Origin: Octopus sinensis
Taxonomy: Eukaryota
Assembly (NCBI RefSeq): GCF_006345805.1
Contig: NW_021825323.1
Coordinates: forward strand, 62,001-126,000
Length of the DNA: 64,000 nucleotides
Reading direction: 5' to 3'
Below the pieces are notes generated by a model. That model had not been told where the DNA came from and ran no database searches. It saw only the letters and a list, made by a program, of their open reading frames with translations. Every line of letters begins with the position of its first letter. Position 1 is the stretch's first letter. The translations under genes were made by a program, and so were the position numbers. Shown in pieces: positions 25,450 to 37,403 of this stretch.

Positions 25450-26715
25450 CAATACGATGTCCTCGACTTACATGATGAGGTCCTTAAAACCTTCCCCCCA
25501 AAAAAATTAAAAAAAAATTTTCTGCATTTTGGTTAAAATGAACAACTACAATGTCCTCGACTTACATGATGAAGTCCTTAAAACCTTCCCCCCAAAAAAA
25601 TTAAAAAAAATTTTCTGCATTTTGGTTAAAATGAACAACTACAATGTCCTCGACTTACATGATGAAGTCCTTAAAACCTTCCCCCCAAAAAAAATTAAAA
25701 AAAAATTTTCTGCATTTTGGTTAAAATGAACAACTACAATGTCCTCGACTTACATGATGAAGTCCTTAAAACCTTCCCCCCCAAAAAAATTAAAAAAAAT
25801 TTTCTGCATTTTGGTTAAAATGAACAACTACAATGTCCTCGACTTACATGATGAAGTCCTTAAAACCTTCCCCCCCAAAAAATCAAAAAAAAATTTTCTG
25901 CATTTTGGTTAAAATGAACAACTACAATGTCCTCGACTTACATGATGAAGTCCTTAAAACCTTCCCCCCCAAAAAAATTAAAAAAAAATTTTCTGCATTT
26001 TGGTTAAAATGAACAACTACGATGTCCTCGACTTACATGATGAAGTCCTTAAAACCTTCCCCCCAAAAAAAATTAAAAAAAAATTTTCTGCATTTTGGTT
26101 AAAATGAACAACTACAATGTCCTCGACTTACATGATGAAGTCCTTAAAACCTTCCCCCCCAAAAAAATTAAAAAAAAATTTTCTGCATTTTGGTTAAAAT
26201 GAACAACTACAATGTCCTCGACTTACATGATGAAGTCCTTAAAACCTTCCCCCCAAAAAAATAAAAAAAAATTTTCCGCATTTTGGTTAAAATGAACAAC
26301 TACAATGTCCTCGACTTACATGATGAAGTCCTTAAAACCTTCCCCCCAAAAAAATTAAAAAAAAATTTTCTGCATTTTGGTTAAAATGAACAACTACAAT
26401 GTCCTCGACTTACATGATGAAGTCCTTAAAACCTTCCCCCCCAAAAAAATTAAAAAAAAATTTTCTGCATTTTGGTTAAAATGAACAACTACAATGTCCT
26501 CAACTTACATGATGAAGTCCTTAAAACCTTCCCCTCCAAAAAAAATTAAAAAAAAATTTTCTGCATTTTGGTTAAAATGAACAACTACAATGTCCTCGAC
26601 TTACATGATGAAGTCCTTAAAACCTTCCCCCCAAAAAATCAAAAAATTATTTTCTGCATTTTGATTAAAATGAACAACGCGAATGTCCTCGACATTCATG
26701 ATGAGGTCCATTAAA
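25450..26715. repeat. Tandem satellite, about 14 units of 93-95 bp
   Basis: Unit AACAACTACAATGTCCTCGACTTACATGATGAAGTCCTTAAAACCTTCCCCCC...TTTTCTGCATTTTGGTTAAAATG; varies mainly in homopolymer lengths. Confidence 0.95.
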
Positions 26716-27090
26716 ACCTTCAAGGCAAAAATCTCACGTATTAAGAATATCCTTGATGAAAACGACAGCGAGAATATTAACAATGATGAACTCCCAATTA
26801 TTCGCGATAAAGAAATTCAATTCATCCTATGTTTTTCTCTTTAAAATTAATTGCATATATCATTATCGACCATGAATCAAAATTAAAGCTATTATCATAT
26901 TTGACTTTGACAGAATGTGCAATCACAGATTGCACGACTTTGAATAGAGTGTGCAATTAACAGATTTTGAAAAACCACTTTGATAGTTGAAACCACATTA
27001 GCACAATCATTAACACAATTTACCACCAATTGACGCACGACCTTGAATAGAGTGTGCAATTAACAGATTTTGAAAAACACTTTGATAGTT

Positions 27091-27928
27091 CCCTTCTGAT
27101 AGGTCCCTCCAACGTGAATGGGATAAAATTCTTGGTAAGCATCATGCGGACTCGTTGGAGGCTCTCCTGAACCAGCACAGACTGGCTTGTTACCGTGCCA
27201 GCCGCCAACCGCATTCTGGCTCTTGGCTTAACTGCCTTCCTTCGACCCATTTGGACACCTGTCTTGACTCCGACGCCCTCCGTTTTGGCATTTGCCTCCG
27301 CCTCGGACTTCCGATCTGTAGTCCCCACCCCTGCCGGTGCGGATCTACTATGGACGTATACGGGCTCCATGCCCTCTCCTGCAAGAAAAGCGCGGGTCGT
27401 ATTCCACGCCATTCGGCGATTAACAGAATCATTCTCGACTCACTCGAAAAGGCCGGCTACCCTTCTGTCCTTGAGCCTAAGGGTCTCGACCGTGGTGACG
27501 GGAAAAGGCCGGACGGCTCTACGTTGTTCTCGTTTTATTCTGGGAGACCTTTGGTCTGGGATTCCACTTGTGTGGATACCTTCTCAAAGTCTTTCATCAA
27601 CGAATCGGCCTCTCTTGCTGGGTCTCGTGCTAATAAGGCTGAGCTTTCGAAGTGCCGGAAATATCAGTCTTTGATGGATGACTTTTGGTTTTGGCCAATC
27701 GTTGTCGAGACTTCCGGCGTCTTTGGCTCCGGGACCCTCACTTCCCTAAAGAAATTGGGACATCTTTGTTCTTCGCGGTCCAAGGACCCTAGGGAATTTA
27801 CTTTCCTCATTCAGAGGATCCTGCTGGCTGTCATGCGTGGCAACAGCTGTTCCCTCCGTCTCGCTGGGAGAATTTATTAGTTTGTTGACTTTACTTAGTA
27901 GTTTGACCCAGTCAAACTTTATTTTAAT
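27091..27928 (+). mobile_element. 5'-truncated CRE-clade retrotransposon inserted in an ~109-bp tandem repeat
   Basis: ORF 27155-27880 (RLE domain); 12-bp TSD ACTTTGATAGTT. Confidence 0.9.
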
Positions 27929-29176
27929 ACTTTGATAGTTGAAACCACATTAGCACAATCATTAACACAATTTACCACCAATTGACGCACGACCTTGAAT
28001 AGAGTGTGCAATTAACAGATTTTTAAAAACACTTTGATAGTTGAAACCACATTAGCACAATCATTAACACAATTTACCACCAATTGACAGCGCAATCAGA
28101 AGAATTTGCGTAAAAATATTAACTATTTACTTGAGTTTTTCGTAAAGATAGAATTTATTTTCGGTATGCCTCTTTTCCTAAACTTTTTTATTATTCAAAA
28201 ATAATTTTTTAAATAGATAACCGAAGGAGGAAAAACGAAGCTGAAGAAAAAACGGTCAGCTTAATAAGGTAATTAATTAAATCTTTTTTGTGTGTCGCTT
28301 TTTTGTGTGTCGCTTTCTTGCCTGCCGCATCTCTGCCTGCCGCATTTCCGCCTGCCCATCTCCCCCTGCCCCATTTCCGCCAGTAAAAAACAAAAAAATA
28401 AAAAAAGAAAAAAAAGGAAATTACAAAGGAAAAATGAAAAAATTAAATATAAAAAAAAATAAACCACAAAAAATGAAAAAAAAAAGTTTGCAATGACAAT
28501 AAACAAGGCCCAGGGACAGTCATTAAAGGTAGTTGGGTTATTTTTAGAGTGAGTGCTTTTCACATGGACAGCTGTATGTGGGATGCTCGAGGGTAGGCAG
28601 AAGAGAAAATTTATTCATATATGCCAAGGAAGGACGGACGACAAACATCGTTTATCAACAGGCGATAGAATAGGGTTACATTAAACCAGGTAGTTTTATA
28701 CATCTACATAAACTTATAGTTGTTTGATGAAACAGGCCCTCCGCAGGAGCTAGGTCGCGGTGAGCGAAGCGAGCTGCCGAGCTAGTAATTAATAAAATCA
28801 TCAAAAATAGCTTGTCCGGTTTTCAGTGACGAGGGTTGTATATTTAAGATGAATTTGAGTTCCATTTTCCTAAAATTAATTTGGAGTCCCCATATTATAA
28901 GAGAATGAATAAGAAAATGGGAGTACATGTCTCAAAGTATGACTTGGATGTTGGAGATATTGTATTCTATTTTAATTATTTAAAAGGCTCAGATTCAAAA
29001 GGATTACAGGACGAATCCTTCACTAAGATTAACAAGGTTCGAACAACCATATGGGGATCCAGTTACTATTGTTGCAAAATTGTCTAACAATTTTGTCAAT
29101 GTAGAAAATATAGATGGATCAGTGACAAGAATGCATTTGAAACGACTAAAAAAGTTAAAAAAGACTTAAGTTGATT

Positions 29177-32100
29177 ATGGCAATAAAAATTATTCTTAAA
29201 AAAATTAAGTTAATCTTACATAATTTTAGTTAATCAATAATAATCAATGAAAAGATAGAATTATGTTTATGGTGGATATGTAGCCTGGCGGATTGCCAAA
29301 CTGTTTCCCCGGATAATGGCAATCGAGAGCCGTTGCATTAGCCAGTTCGCCTCCCGAGGATCATGGGTGCGCATTGAGATTTTGGCTCCGAGCTTGCGAA
29401 GGAACTTTTCAGTTTTTGGACCGAGAGCACCCGACGTCTCAGCCGCAATCGGCACCACGGAAAACTTCTCCGAGAGGGCAGAATATTTTAAAAGCTTTAA
29501 ATCTTTAGCCTTCTTAGCTGCAGATTTGGCCTCCAGGGCACACGAAGTTAAGTGAGAAGCAGAAAAGATGTCGCAGCAGGTTGCGTCCCAAACGAGGCCT
29601 TTTCCGCCTCCGAAGGGGAAAAGGGTCATCCCGTCAGGACGTTTCCCGTCGCCGCGGTCGAGGCCCGGTGGCTCGAGGACCGAAGGAAATCCCGCCGAGT
29701 CGAGGGCCCTCCGTATGATGTCGTTCATTTCAGAGTGCCTCGGAAAACGTCCGGCACTCCTCTTGCACGATAAAGGGTGCAGACCGAAAGGGTCAACAGT
29801 GCAGCCACAGCGGCACGTGTGCGGGACACATTGCCTTAGTCCGAGTCGCAGAGAGACTCCGATCCTTACCGCTTCATCATCAAGGAGAGTGCCAGATGGG
29901 GCGTTCGGGAATGCACAAAGCCAAGCTCCGCTAGCCGGGGATGCTGCCGACAGAAGGCAAGCGCGGCGGTGCTGGTTGGACGACTCGAGCAGCAGATTGA
30001 AAGTTTGCTTGCATCTAATTCGATCCCAGGCTCGTTGAGACATTCGATTTTCCGGAAAGTCAAGGCCTTGTTCTCTCCAGACTTCGCTGAAATGAGCAAC
30101 ATTTGTGTCCAAGGAAAATTCAGAAAAGGAGCGTAGAATTTCCATGACAAGTGTGTGGCTCGCGGAGACGGAAGAGAGGTAAGCAGGTAACGATAGGTCG
30201 GAACATGAGCGGATGCCGAGCCCTCCAAAAGATAACGGGAGGGTTGCCTGTCTCCAACCCATGTCGTCGAAAGGGGAATTGCATACGTTCTGAGTGCAAG
30301 TGCGGATAAGGAGGTCAATGACTGAAAGCCTCTCTGGAAAATCAAAGCACGGAGAAGAGCGAAGCAAATAGGAGAGCTTTTGGATCGAAAAGCAATTCCG
30401 TAGGAGAAATAATGCAGTGTGCGAGTCCAGCTGTCTGATACGATCAAAAGCTTCTTCGAGGAAAAGTTCTTTTTTGCGTAGGGCCACATCGATAGAGTTG
30501 CCAGCGACCGGGGCTCCGAGAATAAAAAGTTCGTCAATGGGAGTAGATTGAACTCCCGGGATAAGATCGCAGAAAGAGGAAACAGCGTCTTCGAAAATAG
30601 ATTCCGAGCATCCAAGGTTGGTAATTTCACATTTGGAGGAATTTAAAATGAGGCCGATTTTCTCCAGAGCCGGAATGATTTTAATTATGTCCTGCAAGAC
30701 GATGTCCGGAGGGCCACCGAGAGTGGCGTCGTCGAGATACCAGAGGTTCAATGGAGAAGATAGAAGCTTGGTCACCTCGGAGATTCCAAGACAGAAAAGG
30801 AGTGGCCCCAGAGGGTCTCCCTGTTGGACTCCCGAAGCAGACGGGATAGTGTCGGAATCAAAAATGAGGGAAGATGGTTAGCCATATGATTGGAAAGCGA
30901 GCCCAAATAAGGAAGGACAGTACTCAGAGCAGGACTCTAAGACTCTGTCCCGTCGGATACTGTTGAATGCATTTCTGATGTCAAGCTTGATCAAAATGTT
31001 TGGACATTGTGATTTCCTGCACGCTTCTGAGAAAGTGCGGATAGCATGAACAGCAGATTCACATCCTCCAGGCACGCCGACCCCGAGTTGGACTGGACTG
31101 AGCTTTGCGGCAATGGTTGGGATAATTTTCTTGCATGCGATCTTGGCTGCAAGCCGACCGCAATTGGGCGGATCCCTCAGCATTTTTTGCCAAAAGCGGT
31201 GAGGTTGGCTGAAAAGAGAATGTGACGTATAGCATCCGGCAGATTCCCTTGGAGCAGTTCATTTAACAGGCAAGTGATAGATTTGAGCAAACGAGTGGCA
31301 GGCTCGCCCACGGTATGAGCGGTGAGGTCCTTCAAATGTCCCGGGCGGAGGCCGTCGGCTCCTCCGCTGCTGCACGGAGCAAAAGAGAGAATCCCGACAG
31401 AGACATCATCTTCCGAAAAAAGTAAAGGCGGTTGATTGGCCAGATGGGGACAGACGCGAAGGTCCGCAGGAGACGGTGGATGTTTTTCGAGCAAGGCCTC
31501 AAAGACTGACCGAGACGAGTTGAGTGGTCCATTGTCAGACGAAATAATTCTGAGAGCTGCACGGACTCCGCCCTCGCTAAGTTTAGAATGGATCATTTTG
31601 CGTAGACGGAGTTGTTGGGCTTCTGGGCTCTCATGTTTGCGACATTGAGACTGTTTGTGCGACTTTGATGACTTGAGAGGGGGCGAGTCTGGAAAGTATT
31701 CCCGAGCCATAAAGGAGCGAATGTTTTTCTTCATACGAGTGGCCAGAGAAGTCGAGTCCCGATCAGCATTCACAGGGGAACCGAGAGCACAGGGAGCAAA
31801 GGTCAGAAGACGGATCCAGTCCTGTTCGTCTTTAGACAATATTGCAGCGTCAATGCAAGATGATAGAGCATCGGCCGCGGTAGCTCGTGCTGCCTTGGGG
31901 ATCTTCACGGGGATGATGGGGGATTTGCGTCTCTCCGAAACGAGCTTCAGCATGGAAACTGGATCAAACGGCGCCACGTCGGAGGGGTTTGGACGACACA
32001 CGGGATTGCTTCGGGCTGTGCCCAGGCATACAGAACAATTCCAAATGGAAATAGCGGACATTGCCTTCTTGGTCATTTTGGCGCAGGACATGTGAGATTG

Positions 32101-32218
32101 ATTCGAACAAGTTGCGCAGGAGATCCAAAGCTTACGACTGTTCGAAGAGTTGCAAATGATACAAGTTTTCATTAGATTGCGAACACCACGTCAAAAAACC
32201 AGCACGCGATATACTGAC
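29177..32218 (-). mobile_element. Full-length CRE-clade retrotransposon (PHD finger, RT, RLE), degenerate
   Basis: ORF pieces 31177-32172, 30878-31183, 29267-30775 (two stops, one frameshift); GVQQGDPLGP, WYLDD, GKRPDG; possible TSD GTTGATT. Confidence 0.9.
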
Positions 32219-33894
32219 GTTGATTGATCGCATCTAGACATTGATTGACATTGATTGGTCGCTTGTTGCGCTCGGTGGCTCGCTGCGCTCGCGACAAAAT
32301 AAGTTCCGTGCATTGAGCCGAGTCTTACATAACATTGCCGCCCTACTACGCACACCCTCCACTACACACTTTCTCGTTTCGGGTGTGATTAATGAGGCTG
32401 GACTCTCAACCACACCAAGATACTTATATCCTTGGTGTTCCTCCCAGACTTTGACTAGGTCACCGCACACAGGGGTGTTAGTCGCCGACTTGTTGTAGTT
32501 GAGTTCCAACCCCACGGCCTTCATGAAACCTTTCAAGACTTTGCCCATCGAGTGGAGGATCTCTGAAGACCGAGCGAACAGCTTAATGTCGTCTATGAAC
32601 ATGAGATGGTTGGTGCTAAAACATCCTCCTTCATGTTCGATCGACATTTGTTCAAATTGGGCAGTGAGGACTCTACTCAGCGGTTCTAGGCAGAGGACAA
32701 ACAGCAGCGGAGACATGCTGTCGCCCTGTAATATGCCCCTCTCTAGCTTCACCTCGCATTTGTTGTAATGTAGATGCACGTTCCACCTGTCCATCACAGT
32801 TGCAACAAATTTGATAAACCACATTGGCAACTTAAGCCTTCGCAGACACTCAACGAGGTAGGCATGATCAACCGAGTCATTTGCCTTCTTCACATCCACC
32901 CACATCGACACTAGTGAGTTTCCGTGGGCTCTCGCGAGGCATTCGTTGATCAATGCCTGCTCCTTAGCTCCCTGGCAATCGCTCCGAGCACCTAACTGGT
33001 TCTCAGACAGAATCCCATTCACCTCCACAAAATTTCTGACCTCAGTGGCCACCACCTTAGTCATCAACTTGTACAGGTTGGGCATAGAAGTTATCGGACG
33101 ATAATCTGTCGGAGCGGAAGGGTTATCTACTTTAGGGATCAAATAAGTGACCCCAGTACATAACCACTCTGGAATCGAGCCAGGGTCTACTGTAAACTGT
33201 TCGATTGCTCGACACATGCAATCATGGATAGGTTTGCAATTTTTTATAAAGAAATTATACACCTTATCGACCCCAGGTGTCTTCCAGTCAGAGAGACGGG
33301 TTACTGCTTCATCGAACTTCTTGCGAATGTCAGAGACACCACAAGACTCAATCATCAAGGGAGCATCGGGTCCACAAAACGGAAACGACACACCCTTGCG
33401 AGGACGTGCTTTCCACATACTCCCCCATGTGTCAAGCATTTCAGCCTTTTGCTGGGTACCCTCCTTCGTCTCTCCGTGCAACCGACGATAGAACAACCTG
33501 CGATTAAATTCAAACAGGTTGTTCTCTCGCCTGCGCTGATACCGAGACTCATGAGTTGAGAGCTTCTTCTGATAAACGAGAATCAGCTCCTCCCTCTCTG
33601 CCCGGATACGCCTCAAATCGTTGAGGTCCCATTTGGCAGCTCGTTCCCGACGAAGTAAAGTACGCACCAAGGGGGGAGTCTTGCCCTTGACCCCGTTGCT
33701 CACATTCAAAATGTGCCCAGTCAGCACTTCCAGCTCGGCTTTTCTTGCGGCTATTTTTGCGGCAATGTTTTCTCTCCATCTACTCTCTGGGGCAGGCCTC
33801 TGAGTGATTTCATCATAGGTTGTCTGTGCCGAGTACAAATAGAGAGAAATTTCGTCCATTGTCTCCGGAGGCTTACGCACGATCGTCCATTGTC

Positions 33895-36275
33895 TAATTA
33901 ACTAAATAATTGGTTAAGTCCCGAACCTTCGAGGTGAACAAGGGGTGGCAGTCTGCACATCTGTTTCCTTCTTCCTTTTCTCCAACCCCATAAATCTCCG
34001 AGAAGGTATTGTCCAGTGCCTCTCGCCGACTAACTGTTAGGAAAGGACTAGATCGGAAAGCATCAAACGAGATACTTTCAAAAGTACAGTTGACTGTATA
34101 TGGGTTAGGGTTAAGCCTGTTCATTATTCTAACATAGGACTATGCAAGTCCATCATGGGCGCAACTGCTGTCAAAAACAGTTCGTCAGAAACTACAATCA
34201 ATCCAAAACCAGACACTCAAAATCATTACGGGTTGTATGAAGTCTACTCTGACCGACCATATATGCATCATGAAAGCAACATGATCAAACTTGAGAACTG
34301 TTTCGACATCTATGGAACCCAATTCTTCGCTTCAGCGAGTATGATCAAAAATCACCCAAGTCACAATCTCACGTCAACACCAATCCCATACAGGAACATC
34401 AAAAACACACCAGCACTCCATTACTGCCGTATCCTAGACTCATTATCATCGAAAATAAAAAGACTAATAACAAAATCCATCTTGACAGCACTAACCGCAA
34501 ACACTATCCTCAACAATCCACCAAAAAAATTAACTCAGCTGAAAAGTATCTCAGCCCAAAGATCGGGTCGAACTTGCAAGGTTTAGCCATCATCCTTTAC
34601 TCCTCGACTATTAAAAAAAACTTGATAAGGACGTCGATCGGGTTTGTTATGTTTCACGACGATGTCAGTCTTTATAAATGTGTTCACTCTGATTTCAACT
34701 TTCTCATTCGCCGATACAGATTCTACCGAGTCTGTTTTTAGTTTTTTTTATCATTCTTGAGTCAAAATTCTCGACAAAAATGAAAGTAGATGTATCTCAC
34801 TACTTCATCATGCTTCCTGACATAATCTAGTAGCACAGTGATTGACGGTCTTCTTTCATCTCATGCAGTGGGAACACATTGAGTTATGTCCTGCAAAGAA
34901 TAAATTTCTATCTTGCACGAAACAGAATAAGCTTTCAGACCGTGGGGAGTTATTGCCTTTGGCCAGCCAGTGACTAGAGTTTTGACATTCTTTTGTATAT
35001 GATGGCATGAAGATATTTTTACAAAATCTGGTCAAGTAGGTACTCTGTTCGCCGGTCGAAGGTGTATCTTGTATTCTATTAATTTTGCCCGGATTGCATC
35101 GTCCACCATTTCATATTTAAATGACTCAATATCGACTAATCCGATGTAATAATTGTACAGTGAGAGAGCGTGTTCATTAATTGCTTTAACAGGTTCACTC
35201 CCTTCAGTTTTTTATTTGCTAACCTTTCAATTCGCGTGATTACTTCTCCAATAATTATTTTCAGCATGTCCGATTTTTGAATTTTTCCAGTTGAACTCTC
35301 AAGTACTCCAAGATACTTATATCCATCAATTTCGTCAAAAACTTTTGCCTCCGCTGATTACAATGAGGTATTCGTGGCTGACTTTTCCAGATTTTTCTTT
35401 AGCCCAGCTGCACGGAAATGACGATTGACCTCTTTCATCATTCGAACAATTACTTTCTCACTTTTCGAGACAAGTTTCAAGTCATCGAAAATAACATGCC
35501 CTGATTTCCTTGCCCTATAGAAACCTTCAGGAAGTTATGAGATAATAAACGGCTCAAAGGGCCTAATACAAGGACAAATAACATGGGGGACAAACTATCA
35601 CCCTGCAAGATCCCCCTCTCGATGCGTACACCTCGAATGTACTTGAGATTTAGCCTTAGTTTGACTCTCTATCTGGTGACCATCGACTCAACAAACTTGC
35701 CAATCCATCCAGATAGATCAGACTTTTCCAAAATCTGTATCAGAAAATCGCGATCTACTGAATCAAATGCTTTTTTAACGTCATTTTATGCAGCATGAAG
35801 TTTGTAGCCATTCGCTTTGTTTAACTCTGTTCACTAATGCTTGTTCTTCTGCCCTCTGGCACAGCTTCCTTGTTCCCAGTTGATTTTCAGAGAGAAGGCC
35901 GGAAACTCCACAAACTCGCCAAGCTTGGTATTTACAAATTTGGTCATCAGTTTATAGAGAGCCGGCATACATGTTATAGGGCGTAACTCCTTTGGGGACA
36001 CCGGATTTTTAAACTTTGGAATAAGATGTGTCACCCCAGTGTAGAACCACTTTCCTGAAGTGGTGTTTCTCCATTTATGACATTAAGCATCTGTTCGAAG
36101 ATTACCTCATGAAGTGATGTGAACTTTTTTAGAAAGAAATTATACACACCTTCGCAGCCTGGGACCTTCCAATTTGGCAAATATTTAACGATCTCCTGAA
36201 ATAAACATTTTGAGACTTTGACTGTTACGCCTTCTACTCCAGTCATCCTCTTCGCAATCTTCACAATCTGACCAC
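33895..36275 (-). mobile_element. Second, heavily decayed R4/Dong-like element
   Basis: 3' end (33900-34120) resembles 1367-1572; remnants KVEIRV..KHNKPD, RGILQGDSLSP, ELRPITCMPALYKL, YNFFLKK. Confidence 0.75.
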
Positions 36276-36569
36276 TCAAATCATAATTTGTTAATTAAAT
36301 TAACTAAAAAATTTGAAAAAAGCTAACAATTTTCTCAGAATTCTCGATCTAAAGGGAGATATTTTTAAAATAAAGAATATATCAATAAAAATGAATTCAA
36401 ACAAAATTCTGAAAATTTAAAAAGAGATCAAGATTTTTTACCTTTGAAAAAGTTGCGGCCTGTTTGGTGATTCGTTCTTTTTAATTCTTTCTAAAATTTT
36501 TTCAAAAGACCAAAATTTTAAATTATTCTTTATAATTCGTTTCTAGAAAAAATATTTCCTCTTCGAACT

Positions 36570-36990
36570 GCTGGATTCCACACACAATTGGAACCTGCAG
36601 GGATTTTCGTAGAGGACGGCAGAAGACCCGATGGGATGACCACATTTCCATTCTAGAGGGGAAAGTGTCTGGTTTGGGACGTCACGTGCGTGAACTCCTT
36701 TTCCAATCAAAACATCAAATTATGCATCGAGAATCCTGTAGCCCCGTCTGAACGGGCTGAGAAGAGAAAAGCTGAGAAATACGCTGGAATTGGGAATGGG
36801 AGAGTGTTTGTCCCCCTGGCTGTTGAGACGTCAGGAATACAGGGGCCTTCTACTCGGACCCTACTCCAGCGCATTGCCTCATTAATCGAAAGGGTTACCG
36901 GCGACCCGTGTGAGCACCGGTAATTAATCGAAAGAATATCTATAGCCATAGTCAGAGGCAATACTCTGGCTATCTGCCAATGACTATTTC
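36570..36990 (+). mobile_element. CRE-clade 3' fragment (RLE)
   Basis: DGRRPDG, LVWDVTC, FVPLAVETSG, ISIAIVRGN with in-frame stops. Confidence 0.8.
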
Positions 36991-37403
36991 TCTTTTGATT
37001 TGAAATATATTAAATATAATTTTAGGTCTACATTTGAGTCAGCTTCTGTTTTATTGAATCAACTTATTTGACAGTTACGAGGTTAATTTTTAGGCCAACT
37101 TTATGGTTTCTCTAGTCATTATCAATAACATCGAACAGTGCTAATACGAATAAGTGATTCACGTTCTAGAAGGTTTTTAACGTGCGAGGTTCTTCAAATA
37201 AAGCTGGTTTTATGGTGACAATCACATATTCAGTTCGAAACTGTCTGTCTTCATTGCCCTATTTATAATATTTTATAAAATAAATTATTAATGCAATTTT
37301 GAAATTAGACTTTATAATAAATATATTATCTAAAAAGACATTTTGTAATCTGTTGATTTTCCTTTTTTGTTACGTATTAAACAGCAATATCACAAAATAA
37401 AAT

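Larger units (their letters stand above)
25357..28785 (+). mobile_element. Non-autonomous Helitron/Helentron-like element
   Basis: Starts TCTTAATAATAAAA followed by a (GTCT)n microsatellite; ends in a GC-rich stretch then CTAG; no TSD; removal restores the T2 TIR sequence. Confidence 0.7.
11488..28838 (+). mobile_element. Tc1-like transposon T2, broken by four Ginger-like elements, a CRE and a Helitron-like element
   Basis: Termini CACCCCTCGTCACCGAAAACCGGACA and its inverse; TA flanks. Transposase pieces at about 11718-11790, 16876-17739 and 18434-18517 (IFTDE, LQDNGPCH, WPAQSPDLNPIEHLW). Confidence 0.85.
8639..32296 (+). mobile_element. Ginger-like element G1, expanded to 23.7 kb by nested insertions
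   Basis: 18-bp TIR TGTCGCGAGCGCAGCGAG at both ends; 5-bp TSD AAATA (8634-8638, 32297-32301); removal restores the R4 ORF. Confidence 0.88.
1345..33890 (-). mobile_element. R4/Dong-like RLE retrotransposon split into three pieces (32297-33890, 7548-8638, 1345-1572) by nested insertions
   Basis: RT motifs (QGDSMSPLLF, FIDD) in 32234-33880. Frame rejoins across AAATA as ...RLNARNLF/HALNEYATSLLNYY and across CTGTAGAG as ...KLDVDKSL/QAYIQSTVLKRTLE. RLE motif HNRPDIVV..K at 7425-8027. Confidence 0.88.

Noticed and set aside
25450-26715. CRISPR-like array
   Set aside because: The units are contiguous with no unique spacers, there are no cas genes, and the context is eukaryotic.
28290-28385. GC-rich subrepeats resembling a MULE TIR
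   Set aside because: Only one end is visible, with no partner or TSD.
34155-34586. 143-aa ORF as a captured gene
   Set aside because: No motifs; it lies within decayed R4 sequence and is most likely filler.
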